From assembly GCA_052390235.1 (NCBI GenBank), contig JBQTHB010000002.1, positions 128,001-192,000 of the forward strand: a stretch of 64,000 nucleotides of DNA. The letters are read 5' to 3'. The DNA comes from Deltaproteobacteria bacterium (lineage in GTDB: Bacteria > Desulfobacterota_D > UBA1144 > Nemesobacterales > CSP1-2). The position numbers and the translations under genes were made by a program. Below the pieces are notes generated by a model. It was not told the origin of the DNA and did not search any database. It saw nothing but the letters and a program-made list of their open reading frames with translations. Shown one piece after another: positions 52,257-63,630 of the stretch (the stretch's first letter is position 1; every line of letters starts with the position of its first letter).

Positions 52257-53561
52257 ATGAAAATGGGCAATTCCGAACTGAGCCGAGTGATTGATTCCGT
52301 AACGAAGGACAAGGGAATAGATAAAAACACGATTGTAACGGCGATTGAAGACGCAGTTCTATCGGCGGGGCAGAAGCTCTTTCGCATGGACAATAAGAAT
52401 AAAGAGCTTGAGGTTCACTACAACGAGGACGAGGGCGAGATAGAGCTATTCGAGTTCAAAGTCGTGGTGGATGACATCGCCGACCCGGATATAGAAATCA
52501 GCCTTGATGACGCCGCCGCTCTCGACCCGGACGCCGAGGTAGGGGACACCATCGGGGTCAAAATCAGCCCCGATTTCACCAGAATCGCCATCCAAAATGC
52601 CAAACAGAAGATACTTCAAAAGCTCAAAGAAGCTGAGGGCAAGCTGATTTCCGAGGAGTTTAAGACTAGAAAAGGCGAGCTTGTAAGCGGCATAGTCAGG
52701 CGAATGGAGAGAAAAATCATCATCGTTGACATTGGCAAGACCGAAGCCGTTCTGCCGCCGGAACACCAGCTTCCGCAGGAGTATTATAAGCCTAAAGACA
52801 GGATTAGGGCGATACTCGTTGATATTAAAGAGACCAAACGCGGCCCTCAGCTCATTCTCTCCCGCGCGCACTCCGATTTTGTGCGCAGGCTATTTGAATC
52901 CGAGGTCCCTGAAATCTCCGATGGGCTCGTGCGCGTTAAGGCTATCTCCAGAGACCCGGGAAGTCGCACGAAAATCGCAGTATCCTCCTCGGACTCCGAC
53001 GTTGACCCAGTGGGGGCTTGCGTGGGAATGAGAGGCTCTAGGGTGCAGAACATCATTCAGGAACTCAAAGGAGAGAAAATTGACATTGTCCCATGGTCTG
53101 CTGACGCCGCGAGGTTTGTCTGCAATTCTCTGTCTCCGGCAAGGGTTAACAAGGTCATAATTGACGACGACGGCAGGGCTATGGAAGTGATAGTGGAAGA
53201 CGACCAGCTTTCGCTCGCCATAGGCAGAAGGGGGCAAAATGTGAGACTCGCCTCAAAGCTCACAGAATGGAAAATCGACATCAAGACCGAATCCCAGGTC
53301 AAGCGCGAACAGCACGAAGTCGTCCAGCTCCTCATGACCCTCCCCAGCATCGGCGAGGTTACGGCAAACGTCCTATACGGCGAGGGGTTTCATTCCCTCG
53401 AAGATGTGGCATTTGCCGACCCCGACGGTTTAGCCCGAAGCGCCGCCCTCAGAAAAGAGGACGTCAGTAAGATTCAGACTGCGGCGAGGATTTCCCTTAA
53501 AGATAAATTAGACAAAATGTCGCATTCCGAAACTCCGTCGCCTCAGACGGAGGGGGAGTAA
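52257..53561 (+). CDS. nusA: Transcription factor NusA
   Basis: S1 and KH domains, DPVGACVGMRGSRV, LAIGRRGQNVRLA. Confidence 0.97.
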   Translation: MKMGNSELSRVIDSVTKDKGIDKNTIVTAIEDAVLSAGQKLFRMDNKNKELEVHYNEDEGEIELFEFKVVVDDIADPDIEISLDDAAALDPDAEVGDTIGVKISPDFTRIAIQNAKQKILQKLKEAEGKLISEEFKTRKGELVSGIVRRMERKIIIVDIGKTEAVLPPEHQLPQEYYKPKDRIRAILVDIKETKRGPQLILSRAHSDFVRRLFESEVPEISDGLVRVKAISRDPGSRTKIAVSSSDSDVDPVGACVGMRGSRVQNIIQELKGEKIDIVPWSADAARFVCNSLSPARVNKVIIDDDGRAMEVIVEDDQLSLAIGRRGQNVRLASKLTEWKIDIKTESQVKREQHEVVQLLMTLPSIGEVTANVLYGEGFHSLEDVAFADPDGLARSAALRKEDVSKIQTAARISLKDKLDKMSHSETPSPQTEGE

Positions 53562-53730
53562 TTAACTTCAGAGATATATTCAATCTCCGTATTCTCATCA
53601 CGCGATTTGTCCGCGCGAGGGGCTTTTTTGCCTCTTTGCATAATAAATGAGATTGAGGTAACATAAACCAACTGGGGGAATATTCGCCAGAAGCCATATC
53701 GTTTTATTTGAGGTTCTATAAACAATAAAA

Positions 53731-56340
53731 ATGTCAAATAACATAAGAGTCCACGAACTCTCAAGAGAGCTAGGAGTGCAAAATAAAGATGTTATGGACG
53801 CCGCGCAGCATCTGGGCATCTCCCTGCGCAGCCACACTAGCGCGATGTCTGACGAGGAGGTGAAGAGGATAAAGGACAAGCTGCGCAAATCGCCGAATCA
53901 CAAGCACCTGGCGGCGAGCGAAGCCAAAGAGAATAGAGAGGAAATCAAGGTATTCCGCTCGGAAAGCGGCGAAGAGGTAACTGAGCGCAGAAAAGGCGGC
54001 AGCGTCGTCATCAGGAGGAAAAAAAAGGTCGAAGAGTCCGAGCCTGAAGCCCTCGCTCCTCAAGAAATTGATGAACCTGCGGCTCAACTGCTCGAACCTC
54101 AGGCGCTTACTCAAATAACCGAATCCGCCCCTGAAACAGCGGCTAAGGAGGTCCCCTCGGCGCAGACCTCGCAAAACGACCAGCCTGCTCCGGTAGCCGA
54201 AGAGTCCAGAGCGAAGCCCGCAGAGCCCAAAACGCCCGATAAAACCCCGGCTCCCGTAAAAGATGAAGTGAAACAAAAGGCCATTGACGCGGCTGAAGAG
54301 GCTAAAAAAGCCAAGAAAAAAGGATACAAAGTTAAACCCGCAAGAGAGGAAATCATAGACGAAGACACGCTCGAAGAACTGCGCCGCGCTTTTAGAACGA
54401 AACTGCCGGCTAGAAAGAAAGAATATCTCGTTGACGACAAGAGAAAAAAACCTGCGGATTCCGCCGCTCCATACAGAAAACCATCGGATGAGCCTTACAG
54501 AGACTCCTCATACCGCGGCAGTTCCGTCTCAGCCGAACCCGAAAGACAGAACGGTCAGGTAATTCCATTCCCTGCTAAGCCTCAGAGAAAATCCATTAAA
54601 ATCGGAGAAGCTGTCTCCGTGGGCGAGCTTGCCCATAAAATGGGCGTCAAAGCGGCAGAAGTGATTAAAAAACTCATGTCCCTCGGAGTGATGGCTACGA
54701 TAAATCAGTCCATAGACACCGAGACCGCCATGATAATTGCCCAGGAGTGGGATTTTGATGTTACCGCTGATGTGTTTGAAGAAAGCGAGCTTCTCCACGA
54801 GGTCTCATCCGCCGATGCAGGCGAGTTCCTCCTGCCCAGGTACCCGGTCGTAACCGTCATGGGGCACGTTGACCACGGCAAAACGAGCCTTCTGGACTCT
54901 ATACGACACACGAATGTGGTCGAGAGAGAGGCGGGGGGCATCACCCAGCACATCGGGGCTTACAGTGTGCCGATAAACGACAGAAAAGTCGTTTTTATTG
55001 ATACGCCGGGACACGAGGCGTTTACGGCGATGAGGGCGAGAGGGGCGAAGGTTACGGACGTTGTCGTGCTGGTCGTAGCCGCCGACGATGGGGTGATGCC
55101 GCAGACGATTGAAGCCCTAAACCACGCCAAAGCCGCCGGCGTGCCGGTAATTGTAGCGGTGAATAAAATTGACAAGCCCGAGGCAAATCCCGAAAGAGTG
55201 AAGAGACAGCTCTCCGAAATCGGGCTGATTTCCGAGGAATGGGGAGGAGACACTCTATTTGCCGAGGTCTCGGCTAAGAAGAAAACCGGCATCAAGGAAC
55301 TGCTTGAACTCATACTCCTTCAAGCCGATATTCTCGAACTCAAGGCAAATCCCGTCAAAAGGGCAAACGGCGTCATCATCGAGGCGCAGCTCGACAAGGG
55401 CAGGGGCCCTGTGGCTACTGTCGTCGTATCGGAGGGAACCCTCGGTATTGGGGATTATTTAGTCGCCGGAACAACTTACGGAAAGGTGAGGGCGCTCATT
55501 GACGATAAAGGCGCGCGGATGCGCAGCGCAGGTCCATCCGAGCCTGCTCAGATAATGGGACTCTCAGGCGTTCCCGGAGCGGGCGATCATTTCTATGTTG
55601 TAAAGGACGAGAAAACCGCCAAAGAGGTCGTAAGCCACAGAGAAGCCAAAGAGAGGCAGAAATTTGCCGCCAACGAGCGCAAGATTTCCCTTGAGGGCTT
55701 CTTCGATTCTCTCAAAAAAGGAGAGGTCAAGGAACTGCGCCTAATTATCAAAGCCGATGTCCAAGGCTCGCTTGAGGCGCTGAGAGAGGCAATATCGAAG
55801 CTCATAAGCGATAAATGCCGCACTAAAATCGTTCATGCGGGAGTCGGAGCGGTCAACGAAACTGACATCGTCCTTGCGGCTGCCTCAAACGCCGTCGTCG
55901 TTGGGTTTAATGTGCGCCCCGATGCAAACGCGCTCGAATTTGCCGAGAAAGAAAACGTATCTCTCGAACTCCACACGATAATCTATGAAGTGGTGGACAG
56001 AATCAAAAAAGCCATGGAGGGGTTGCTTGAGCCGGTGATAAAGGAAAAAGTCCTCGGACATGCCGAGGTGAGGGCGACTTTCCGCATCTCAAAAGCCGGC
56101 GTCATAGCGGGGTGCTTCGTTAAGGATGGGAAAATACAGCGTAGCAACAGCATCCGCGTCGTGAGGGATGGGGTTACCACCTTTGAAGGCAAACTCGACT
56201 CTCTTAAGCGGTTTAAGGACGACGCAAGGGAGGTTCAGTCGGGCTATGAGTGCGGCGTGGCGATTCAGAATTTCGACGACCTAAAAGTAGGAGACGTGCT
56301 TGAATTCTATACTTTTGAAGAAATCAGGCAGGAGCTTTAA
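53731..56340 (+). CDS. infB: Translation initiation factor IF-2
   Basis: [32 protein letters not shown]. Confidence 0.98.
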   Translation: MSNNIRVHELSRELGVQNKDVMDAAQHLGISLRSHTSAMSDEEVKRIKDKLRKSPNHKHLAASEAKENREEIKVFRSESGEEVTERRKGGSVVIRRKKKVEESEPEALAPQEIDEPAAQLLEPQALTQITESAPETAAKEVPSAQTSQNDQPAPVAEESRAKPAEPKTPDKTPAPVKDEVKQKAIDAAEEAKKAKKKGYKVKPAREEIIDEDTLEELRRAFRTKLPARKKEYLVDDKRKKPADSAAPYRKPSDEPYRDSSYRGSSVSAEPERQNGQVIPFPAKPQRKSIKIGEAVSVGELAHKMGVKAAEVIKKLMSLGVMATINQSIDTETAMIIAQEWDFDVTADVFEESELLHEVSSADAGEFLLPRYPVVTVMGHVDHGKTSLLDSIRHTNVVEREAGGITQHIGAYSVPINDRKVVFIDTPGHEAFTAMRARGAKVTDVVVLVVAADDGVMPQTIEALNHAKAAGVPVIVAVNKIDKPEANPERVKRQLSEIGLISEEWGGDTLFAEVSAKKKTGIKELLELILLQADILELKANPVKRANGVIIEAQLDKGRGPVATVVVSEGTLGIGDYLVAGTTYGKVRALIDDKGARMRSAGPSEPAQIMGLSGVPGAGDHFYVVKDEKTAKEVVSHREAKERQKFAANERKISLEGFFDSLKKGEVKELRLIIKADVQGSLEALREAISKLISDKCRTKIVHAGVGAVNETDIVLAAASNAVVVGFNVRPDANALEFAEKENVSLELHTIIYEVVDRIKKAMEGLLEPVIKEKVLGHAEVRATFRISKAGVIAGCFVKDGKIQRSNSIRVVRDGVTTFEGKLDSLKRFKDDAREVQSGYECGVAIQNFDDLKVGDVLEFYTFEEIRQEL

Positions 56341-56385
56341 TCCATAATCCGCTTCATCCATAAACCCGCTTAACTAAATTACCGG

Positions 56386-56682
56386 ATGGTCGTAGGGCTG
56401 CTCAAAATAGAAATCTTCATGGACGGCAATATGTCGCTCAAGGAAAAAAGGCGCATAGTAAAGGGCCTTATCCATAGGGTCAGGTCTAAATTCGACAACG
56501 TATCTGCCTCCGAGGTGGGGTTTCATGACCTCTGGCAGAGGTCGGCTATTGGAATCTCATTCGTGAGCAACGACAAGCCGATAGTAAACTCCATGCTCGA
56601 TAGGATTACGGATTTTATAGCTTCTACCGGACTCGTACAGATAGTTGGACGAGACATCGAGATACTTCACTTTAAGCAATGA
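56386..56682 (+). CDS. DUF503 (YlxP) family protein
   Basis: SLKEKR...NVSASEV..HDLWQ; conserved position between infB and rbfA. Confidence 0.9.
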   Translation: MVVGLLKIEIFMDGNMSLKEKRRIVKGLIHRVRSKFDNVSASEVGFHDLWQRSAIGISFVSNDKPIVNSMLDRITDFIASTGLVQIVGRDIEILHFKQ

Positions 56683-56692
56683 TGAGGCATAT

Positions 56693-57046
56693 TTGGGCAT
56701 CGGTTTCAAGCGCACGGACAGGGTAGGGGATTTAATTCTAAAAGAAGTTTCCGAGATGATAATACAAGGCGAGATACGAGACCCGCGCGTGAGTTCTGTC
56801 GCGCTCACAGGGGTCAAAATGACGGACGACCTCAGCCTAGCCCGCCTGTATTTTACCGTTATAACCGGAGATTTAGAAAAACGCGAGGCCCTTGCCGGGC
56901 TTGAGAGAGCCTCAGGCTATATTAAAAGGGAGCTAGGAAAACGGCTTCGGATGAGGCGCATTCCCGAATTGAGATTTGAATTCGACTCCACCCTTGAGGA
57001 AGGCTACCGGATAGACGACATTCTAAGAGAGGTCAAAAGTGAGTGA
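56693..57046 (+). CDS. rbfA: Ribosome-binding factor A
   Basis: RTDRV, IRDPR, DLSLA, RRIPELRFEFD; TTG 56693 with GAGG. Confidence 0.95.
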   Translation: MGIGFKRTDRVGDLILKEVSEMIIQGEIRDPRVSSVALTGVKMTDDLSLARLYFTVITGDLEKREALAGLERASGYIKRELGKRLRMRRIPELRFEFDSTLEEGYRIDDILREVKSE

Positions 57047-58031
57047 TAGTCAGCAGATAATAGCCCTTATCGGGCGGGGAGGGCGGTTTTGTATCGCCTC
57101 TCATGAAAACCCCGACGGAGACGCCATAGGCTCGACCCTCGCCTTAGGACTCGCGCTCAGACAACTCGGCAAAGAGGTATTGCTCTACAACAGAGACTCC
57201 GTGCCGGATTATTTGCGATTTCTTGCGCAGTCCTCTGAAATTACCAACTCCCTCGCCGGCGCGCCCTTCGATGCCACTTTTATCGTGGATTGCCCTCACG
57301 CGGGCAGAGTCGGCGTGGAATTTGAGAGGTTCGTAAAATCTGGAGTCGGCGGCGCAACCGTGATAATTGACCATCACGAGAGTAGCAGACCCGCGTCCGA
57401 TTTCCGTATTCTCGATACTGCCGCATCCTCGACTGGGATGCTCATCTACTCCCTCATCAAGACCCTCGGCACCCAAATAACCCCCGACATCGCCGCAAGC
57501 CTCTACACTACTATCTCCGGGGACACCGGCTCGTTTAAATATTCAAACACCTACGCCGAGACCTTCCGCGCCGCCGCCGAACTCGTCGAAGCCGGCGCAG
57601 ACCCTTCGCAAATCTCCGAAGCCGTCTATGAAAATGAACCCCTCTCCCGCCTGAAATTACTGGGACTCGTTCTGCCAACGCTTGAAATCTCATGCGGCGG
57701 GCGCGTGAGTTCAATTGTAATAACTCAGGGGATGTTCCGCGAAACAGGCGCGACAAGGGAGGACACCGAGGGGTTTGTGAATTTCCCAAGGTCAATCCGA
57801 GGGGTTGAGGTTGCCGCGCTGTTCAGGGAGGAAGAGCCTGGGGAAAATGGGGACAGATGGAAAATCAGCCTCAGGGCTAAGGGGGCGCTCAACGTCGCCG
57901 GCATTGCCGAGACCTTCGGCGGAGGGGGGCATAAAAACGCCGCTGGATGCACGATTTCCGGTGGTCTTGCCCATGTGAAATCCGCTGTTTTAAGAGCCGT
58001 CGAGGAGGGGATTTCCAAGGAAGTCGCCTGA
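57039..58031 (+). CDS. nrnA: DHH family phosphoesterase (NrnA-like)
   Basis: HENPDGDAIGS, IDHH, DTGSF, SLR, GGGHKNAAG. Confidence 0.9.
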   Translation: MSDSQQIIALIGRGGRFCIASHENPDGDAIGSTLALGLALRQLGKEVLLYNRDSVPDYLRFLAQSSEITNSLAGAPFDATFIVDCPHAGRVGVEFERFVKSGVGGATVIIDHHESSRPASDFRILDTAASSTGMLIYSLIKTLGTQITPDIAASLYTTISGDTGSFKYSNTYAETFRAAAELVEAGADPSQISEAVYENEPLSRLKLLGLVLPTLEISCGGRVSSIVITQGMFRETGATREDTEGFVNFPRSIRGVEVAALFREEEPGENGDRWKISLRAKGALNVAGIAETFGGGGHKNAAGCTISGGLAHVKSAVLRAVEEGISKEVA

Positions 58032-58035
58032 GAGT

Positions 58036-58947
58036 ATGGACGGAGTGCTGATACTAGACAAGCCCAAGGGGATTACCTCGCAGAGGGCGCTTGCCGTTGT
58101 AAAAAGGGTTCTTAAAACAAAGAAAGCCGGCTACACCGGCACCCTTGACCCATTCGCTACGGGAACGCTTCCCATGTGTCTTGGAGAGGCGACAAAAATA
58201 ATCCCCTTTATGGACGAGGAGTTTAAGAGCTACGAGGCGCATCTCCTTCTGGGCGTTCGCACCGATACTCTAGACATTACGGGAAAAGTTCTCTCGAGCG
58301 CCGAAGCGGGGGGCGTGAGCGAAGATGCCTTGCTCGGGGCGTTCTGTAAATTCACCGGCGATATTTGGCAGATTCCCCCGATGTTCTCGGCGCTCAAAGT
58401 AGGGGGCGAGAGGCTCTACGCTATGGCGAGGCGCGGGGAGGAGATAGAGCGCAAGCCGCGCCCGGTTACAATCGCAGAGCTTCGACTACTCGAATTCAGC
58501 CCTCCAACGGTGAAATTCTCCGTAACTTGCTCGCGTGGGACTTATGTGAGGTCTCTGGGGGCGGATATTGGCGATGAGCTTGGGTGCGGGGGGTGCCTGG
58601 CAGAGCTGCGCAGAACCCGAAGCGGGGCGTATTCGCTCGAGCAGGCGGTTTCCATTGAAAATGTGGAAAACGGCGGGGCGCGTCTGATGTCAATTTCGGA
58701 GGCTCTAGCAAACCTCCGGCAGGTAACGCTTGCTCGCGGCGCGGAGGCTGAGGTGAGATTGGGCAAGCAGATTATTAAATCCTATCTTGCCGCAGATAGT
58801 CCAGCGCAGTTCCTCTCTGGAGAGAGGCTCAGGGTTTGCGATGGGGGCGGGGCGTTGATTGCAGTTGCCGAGGCGACTTTGGGGTCATCGGAAGCCCTGG
58901 CTGGGAGCGAAGAGGCGTTGCTGAAACTGCTTCGAGTGTTTTATTAA
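58036..58947 (+). CDS. truB: tRNA pseudouridine(55) synthase
   Basis: DKPKGITS, GTLDP, PPMFSALK, GTYVRS, LRRT. Confidence 0.95.
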   Translation: MDGVLILDKPKGITSQRALAVVKRVLKTKKAGYTGTLDPFATGTLPMCLGEATKIIPFMDEEFKSYEAHLLLGVRTDTLDITGKVLSSAEAGGVSEDALLGAFCKFTGDIWQIPPMFSALKVGGERLYAMARRGEEIERKPRPVTIAELRLLEFSPPTVKFSVTCSRGTYVRSLGADIGDELGCGGCLAELRRTRSGAYSLEQAVSIENVENGGARLMSISEALANLRQVTLARGAEAEVRLGKQIIKSYLAADSPAQFLSGERLRVCDGGGALIAVAEATLGSSEALAGSEEALLKLLRVFY

Positions 58948-59049
58948 AACTGATGCGATATTGGATTGGTGAAAAAATATTGCCCATTTGAGTTGCTAAA
59001 ACAAATTATAAGTTCATAATAAACCAGATATACAAGGAGGATTAGATTT

Positions 59050-59319
59050 ATGCCGCTTGAAAAAGAAGAAAAATCGCAAATTATTGCCGACCACAGAATT
59101 CACGACAATGACGTCGGCTCGCCTCAGGTGCAAATAGCCGTACTCACTCACCGCATCGAGGAACTATCGAAGCACATTCGCACCTCGCCCAACGACTTAA
59201 GCTCCAAAAGAGGGCTACTCGCGCTCATTTCCAAACGCAGAACGCTTCTGGGCTACTTCAGAGGCGAAGAGCCAGAGAAATATGCCGATTTGCTTAAGAA
59301 GCTCGGACTCAGAAAGTAA
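59050..59319 (+). CDS. rpsO: 30S ribosomal protein S15
   Basis: DVGSPQVQIA, RGL, KRR.LL.Y, LGLRK; upstream of pnp. Confidence 0.95.
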   Translation: MPLEKEEKSQIIADHRIHDNDVGSPQVQIAVLTHRIEELSKHIRTSPNDLSSKRGLLALISKRRTLLGYFRGEEPEKYADLLKKLGLRK

Positions 59320-59343
59320 CAAATTTCTAGGAGGTATTACGTA

Positions 59344-61455
59344 TTGACTAATGGACAAAAGACAGTAAGCGCCAATCTGTTCGGGCGCGACTTCGAGCTT
59401 GAATCGGGCAGACTGGCAAAACAGGCAAGCGGCGCCGCCCTCGCCCGCATTGGAGGCACTGTGGTGCTTGCCACGGTTGTGGCGGAACGGGAAAAAGCGC
59501 CGGGAGAGGATTTCCTCCCGCTTACGGTGAATTATCAGGAAAAGGCTTATGCCGCAGGGCGAATCCCCGGCGGTTATTTTAAGAGAGAGGGCAGGCCTAC
59601 CGAGAAGGAAATCTTAACCTCAAGGCTCATTGACCGCCCCATTAGACCGCTCTTTCCGAAGGACTTTACCTATTCCACGCAAGTTCTCGTTACGGTGCTG
59701 TCTGCCGATCAGGACAACGACCCCGACGTGCTTGCGGTAACCGCCGCCTCAGCCGCCCTCATGGCCTCAGATATTCCCTTCGATGGGCCCGCAAGCGCAG
59801 TCCGGGTGGGTCGCATAAACGGGCAGTTCGTCTGCAATCCCACGAAAACGGATATTGAGTCGAGCGATATGGATTTAATAGTCGCCGGCACTAGGGACGC
59901 AATTGTAATGGTCGAGGGAGAACTCAGCGAAGTCCGCGAGGATGCAGTGGTCGAAGCGCTTTTGTTCGGGCATGAGTGCATTCAGGAGTTTATTAAACAG
60001 CAAGAGTCGCTCATTGACGGACTGGCAATTGTAAAAAGGGAGCTTGTCCCTCCGGCTGAGAATCCCCAGCTTTGGGAGGCGCTCGTCTTGGCGGCTAAAT
60101 TCCCGCTTCAGGATGCAATGAGAATCTCGTCGAAAACGGATAGGAGGGAGTCCATTGCCGCGGTGTCTGCCAAAGTCTCGCAGTCTCTAATTTCTGCTTT
60201 CCCGGAATCTGAGGAGGAGATTGCAAAGCTGTTTGATAAGCTCAAAAAACAGGTGATGCGCGGTATTGTCGTGAACGAGAAGAGGAGAATTGACGGCAGG
60301 GGCTACGGCGATATTCGCCATATCAGCGGCGAAGTAGGGCTTCTGCCCCGCACCCACGGCTCGGCTCTTTTTACGAGGGGCGAGACTCAGGTGATAGCCG
60401 TCTCCACGCTTGGGACGAATCACGACGAGCAGAGAATTGACTCCCTTGGAGGAGAGATTACAAAGAGATTCATGCTACACTACAATTTCCCTCCTTTCTC
60501 AGTCGGCGAAGTGGGAAACCGCCTCGGACCCGGCAGGAGAGAGATTGGTCATGGACACCTCGCCGAGCGCGCCATCGCTCCGGTGCTTCCGTCCAAGGAT
60601 ATATTCCCCTACACGATACGCATAGTGTCAGACGTGCTGGAATCCAATGGCTCATCTTCAATGGCGACCGTCTGCGGCGGGAGTCTGTCCCTTATGGATG
60701 CTGGAGTCCCTATCAGCGCGCCAGTGGGGGGAGTCGCCATGGGGCTAATAAAAGAAGGCGATAAGTTCGTGATACTGTCCGATATTTTGGGCGATGAAGA
60801 CCAGCTTGGCGATATGGATTTCAAGGTCGCAGGCACGGCAAAGGGAGTAACCGCCCTTCAGATGGATATTAAGGTCAAAGGGGTAAACCGCGAGATTCTC
60901 GCCGAAGCCCTCGCCAACGCCCATGAGGCGAGGCTCTATGTGCTTGAGAAAATGAGCGAGATACTGCCGGAATCAAGGGCGGAACTCTCCCCTCACGCCC
61001 CCGGAATCCTCACCTTGCAGATAAGGCAGGAGAAGATTAAAGACGTTATAGGGCCTGGCGGAAGGGTCATCAAAAAAATCATAGAGGAAACGAAGGTTCA
61101 GATTGATATTGACGAAACCGGAAGGGTTAATATCGCATCGCCCGATAAAGAGGCGTGTGAACTTGCGGCGCGGATGATAAAAGAAATCGTCCAAGAGGTC
61201 GAGGTCGGCAAGATTTACCTAGGCAGAGTGAAGAGGATTCTCGATTTCGGCGCAATAGTGGAGCTTTTCCAAGGGGCGGACGGGCTTGTGCATATATCAG
61301 AGCTTGCCCCTACGCGGGTCAGGCAGGTTACTGATATTCTCCGCGAGGGGGACGAAGTGCTGGTAAAATGCCTCGGCGTCGAGCGGGACGGAAAAGTGAG
61401 GCTCAGCAGAAAAGAAGCCCTAAACGAAAATATTGAAGACTACAGACGAAACTAA
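59344..61455 (+). CDS. pnp: Polyribonucleotide nucleotidyltransferase
   Basis: RLIDRPIRP, RREIGHG, SNGSSSMA, GDMDFK, KH and S1 domains. Confidence 0.98.
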   Translation: MTNGQKTVSANLFGRDFELESGRLAKQASGAALARIGGTVVLATVVAEREKAPGEDFLPLTVNYQEKAYAAGRIPGGYFKREGRPTEKEILTSRLIDRPIRPLFPKDFTYSTQVLVTVLSADQDNDPDVLAVTAASAALMASDIPFDGPASAVRVGRINGQFVCNPTKTDIESSDMDLIVAGTRDAIVMVEGELSEVREDAVVEALLFGHECIQEFIKQQESLIDGLAIVKRELVPPAENPQLWEALVLAAKFPLQDAMRISSKTDRRESIAAVSAKVSQSLISAFPESEEEIAKLFDKLKKQVMRGIVVNEKRRIDGRGYGDIRHISGEVGLLPRTHGSALFTRGETQVIAVSTLGTNHDEQRIDSLGGEITKRFMLHYNFPPFSVGEVGNRLGPGRREIGHGHLAERAIAPVLPSKDIFPYTIRIVSDVLESNGSSSMATVCGGSLSLMDAGVPISAPVGGVAMGLIKEGDKFVILSDILGDEDQLGDMDFKVAGTAKGVTALQMDIKVKGVNREILAEALANAHEARLYVLEKMSEILPESRAELSPHAPGILTLQIRQEKIKDVIGPGGRVIKKIIEETKVQIDIDETGRVNIASPDKEACELAARMIKEIVQEVEVGKIYLGRVKRILDFGAIVELFQGADGLVHISELAPTRVRQVTDILREGDEVLVKCLGVERDGKVRLSRKEALNENIEDYRRN

Positions 61456-61534
61456 ACATCAGCAGTGGGGGGCGGCTATCGAAATGCCGCTTCCCTAGCT
61501 TCCCCATTAAGACCCCGCACACCCAATCTCGGCG

Positions 61535-62461
61535 ATGAAGAAGCCAAAACTGCTCGTTATCGCAGGCCCTACGGCGTCTGGAAAAAGCGCGCTCGCTATG
61601 GAACTGGCAGGGCGCATCCCCCAGGCTCAAATCCTCTGCGCGGACTCCCTTCAGGTCTATCGTTATTTCGACATTGGCACGGCGAAGCCTACCGCTGAGG
61701 AGCGCTCTCGCGTCCCGCATCATCTGATAGATATAATTAACCCAGACGAGGATTTCAACGCTGGCAGGTACAGTGCTCTCGCCCGCAGAACGGTTGACGC
61801 GCTGGGCTCGCAGGGAGCGAAAATTATCGTCTCGGGTGGTACTTATCTCTATGTGCGCGCCCTGATTTCGGGGATTATCGCGGGAATCCCCTCGGATGCC
61901 GCCGTGCGCGAGGCTCTGAGGAGTGAGAAATCCACCTATGGAGGGGATTATTTATACCGCAGGCTCGTCTCAATTGACCCCGATGCCGCCTCCAGAATTC
62001 ATCCAAATGACTACGTGCGAATCGAGCGCGCCCTTGAGGTGCATATCATTACAGGGAATCGAATTTCGCAGCTTCAGGCATCGCACGGCTTCGGCGACCG
62101 GGATTTTGAATCGCTCAAAATCGGGATATTTCACGAACGCGAGCGGCGCAGAGAGATAATTGACCGGCGTGTGGAGTGGATGATGCAGTCGGGATTTCTC
62201 GCCGAAGTCGAAGGGCTGAGGGCTAGGGGATTTGCCACAGAGTTAAAACCAATGCAGTCTATCGGCTATAGACAGCTCAATCGCTACATTGACGGCGAAA
62301 TTACACTTGAGGGGGCGGTTGAGGGGATAAAAGTCGAGACCAAGCGTTTCGCCAAGCGGCAGACGACGTGGCTGAGGGCGGAGGGAGACATCAAGTGGCG
62401 TCGAGCGCCGGAGGATTTACCGCTGATATTCGACGAGGCGCGCGCGTTTTTCGATGGATGA
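61535..62461 (+). CDS. miaA: tRNA dimethylallyltransferase
   Basis: GPTASGKS, DSLQVY, IGTAKP, HPND, AKRQ.TW. Confidence 0.96.
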   Translation: MKKPKLLVIAGPTASGKSALAMELAGRIPQAQILCADSLQVYRYFDIGTAKPTAEERSRVPHHLIDIINPDEDFNAGRYSALARRTVDALGSQGAKIIVSGGTYLYVRALISGIIAGIPSDAAVREALRSEKSTYGGDYLYRRLVSIDPDAASRIHPNDYVRIERALEVHIITGNRISQLQASHGFGDRDFESLKIGIFHERERRREIIDRRVEWMMQSGFLAEVEGLRARGFATELKPMQSIGYRQLNRYIDGEITLEGAVEGIKVETKRFAKRQTTWLRAEGDIKWRRAPEDLPLIFDEARAFFDG

Positions 62462-62560
62462 ACTAATTTTGGGGCTGGAGCTAAAGACCGGCTACTAAAC
62501 AATTCCCCTCTGTCCGTGTTCTGGCGATGAGAGCGATTGAATAATATCGGAGGTTAAATC

Positions 62561-63442
62561 ATGATGAAATTCGGAATTACACTCCCGAATTACGGGAAAT
62601 ACGCCGACAAAGACTCACTGCTAACACTCGCGACCGCCGCCGAGCGTCTGGGCTTTGACTCGCTTTGGGTTAGCGACCATATCGTGATTCCCAAATCCCA
62701 CAAGGGTTTCGGCGACCTGTTCTTTGAGCCGCTGACGACTCTCGCTTTCATCGCCGCATCAACGGTGAAAATCGCCCTCGGCACGAGTGTCATCATTCTC
62801 CCCTACAGAAACCCTCTGGTTCTCGCCAAGGAAGTAGCCACGCTCGACGCTCTATCTGGCGGGCGCGTGATATTCGGCGTTGGCGTCGGGTGGATAGAGG
62901 ACGAATTCAAGGCTCTCGGCGTCCCCTACGCAGACCGCGGGGCGATGTCGGATGAGTATCTGGAGGTTATTAAAACCCTGTGGAGGGAAGATAATCCCAG
63001 CTTTAATGGCAGATTCGCCGAATTTCGGGATATTGCCTTTCTCCCGAAGCCGCATCAAGAGCCTCGCCCCCCGATTTTAGTGGGAGGCAACGGGAAGCTC
63101 GCGCGAGAGCGGGCGTTTCGCGTCGGCGATGGCTGGCATCCGGTAGGGCTCGTGGCGGGGGAGATAGCCGAGGGGATGCGGCATCTCGCGGGTCTCGGCG
63201 CGCCTTCCGATTTTACGATAATCCTCAGAAAAAACCTGCAAATCCTCTCCGGGCGGGCGAAGTCGGATGTAGTCGACCCAAGAGAGCCTCTGCGCTCCAC
63301 GGCTGAGGGCGTAGTAGCGGCACTGCGCGAGTACGAGCGAGCGGGCGTGAGTCATCTTATCTTCCAGATTCTCGGCGGCGCTTTTGAAGCCATAATTGAG
63401 ACAATGGAGGTTTTCTCAAGCGAGGTAAAGACGCGGCTATGA
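62561..63442 (+). CDS. LLM-class (luciferase-like, putatively F420-dependent) oxidoreductase
   Basis: GFDSLWVSDH, LAK..ATLD.LSGGR, GVGW, PKPHQ.PRPPI. Confidence 0.88.
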   Translation: MMKFGITLPNYGKYADKDSLLTLATAAERLGFDSLWVSDHIVIPKSHKGFGDLFFEPLTTLAFIAASTVKIALGTSVIILPYRNPLVLAKEVATLDALSGGRVIFGVGVGWIEDEFKALGVPYADRGAMSDEYLEVIKTLWREDNPSFNGRFAEFRDIAFLPKPHQEPRPPILVGGNGKLARERAFRVGDGWHPVGLVAGEIAEGMRHLAGLGAPSDFTIILRKNLQILSGRAKSDVVDPREPLRSTAEGVVAALREYERAGVSHLIFQILGGAFEAIIETMEVFSSEVKTRL

Positions 63443-63630
63443 AATTGCGGCCTGAATGAAGCGGGGATTGAAAAAATCTGCCGCGCGCCGCGGGGAATAT
63501 CCGCAGGGGCAGGAGAGCGCTACAGGGAGGCAAAACCCCTCGATGGGCGAGGGGGCTTTAAAGCTCCGTGTTTGACTTGAGCCTGAATTCTCGGTAAATA
63601 TTGAGAAAACTACCAATATAGAGGGGCTTA

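Noticed and set aside
58120..58155. TruB motif GYTGTLDP instead of GHTGTLDP
   Set aside because: Catalytic Asp and other motifs are intact; a single substitution is not enough to infer altered function
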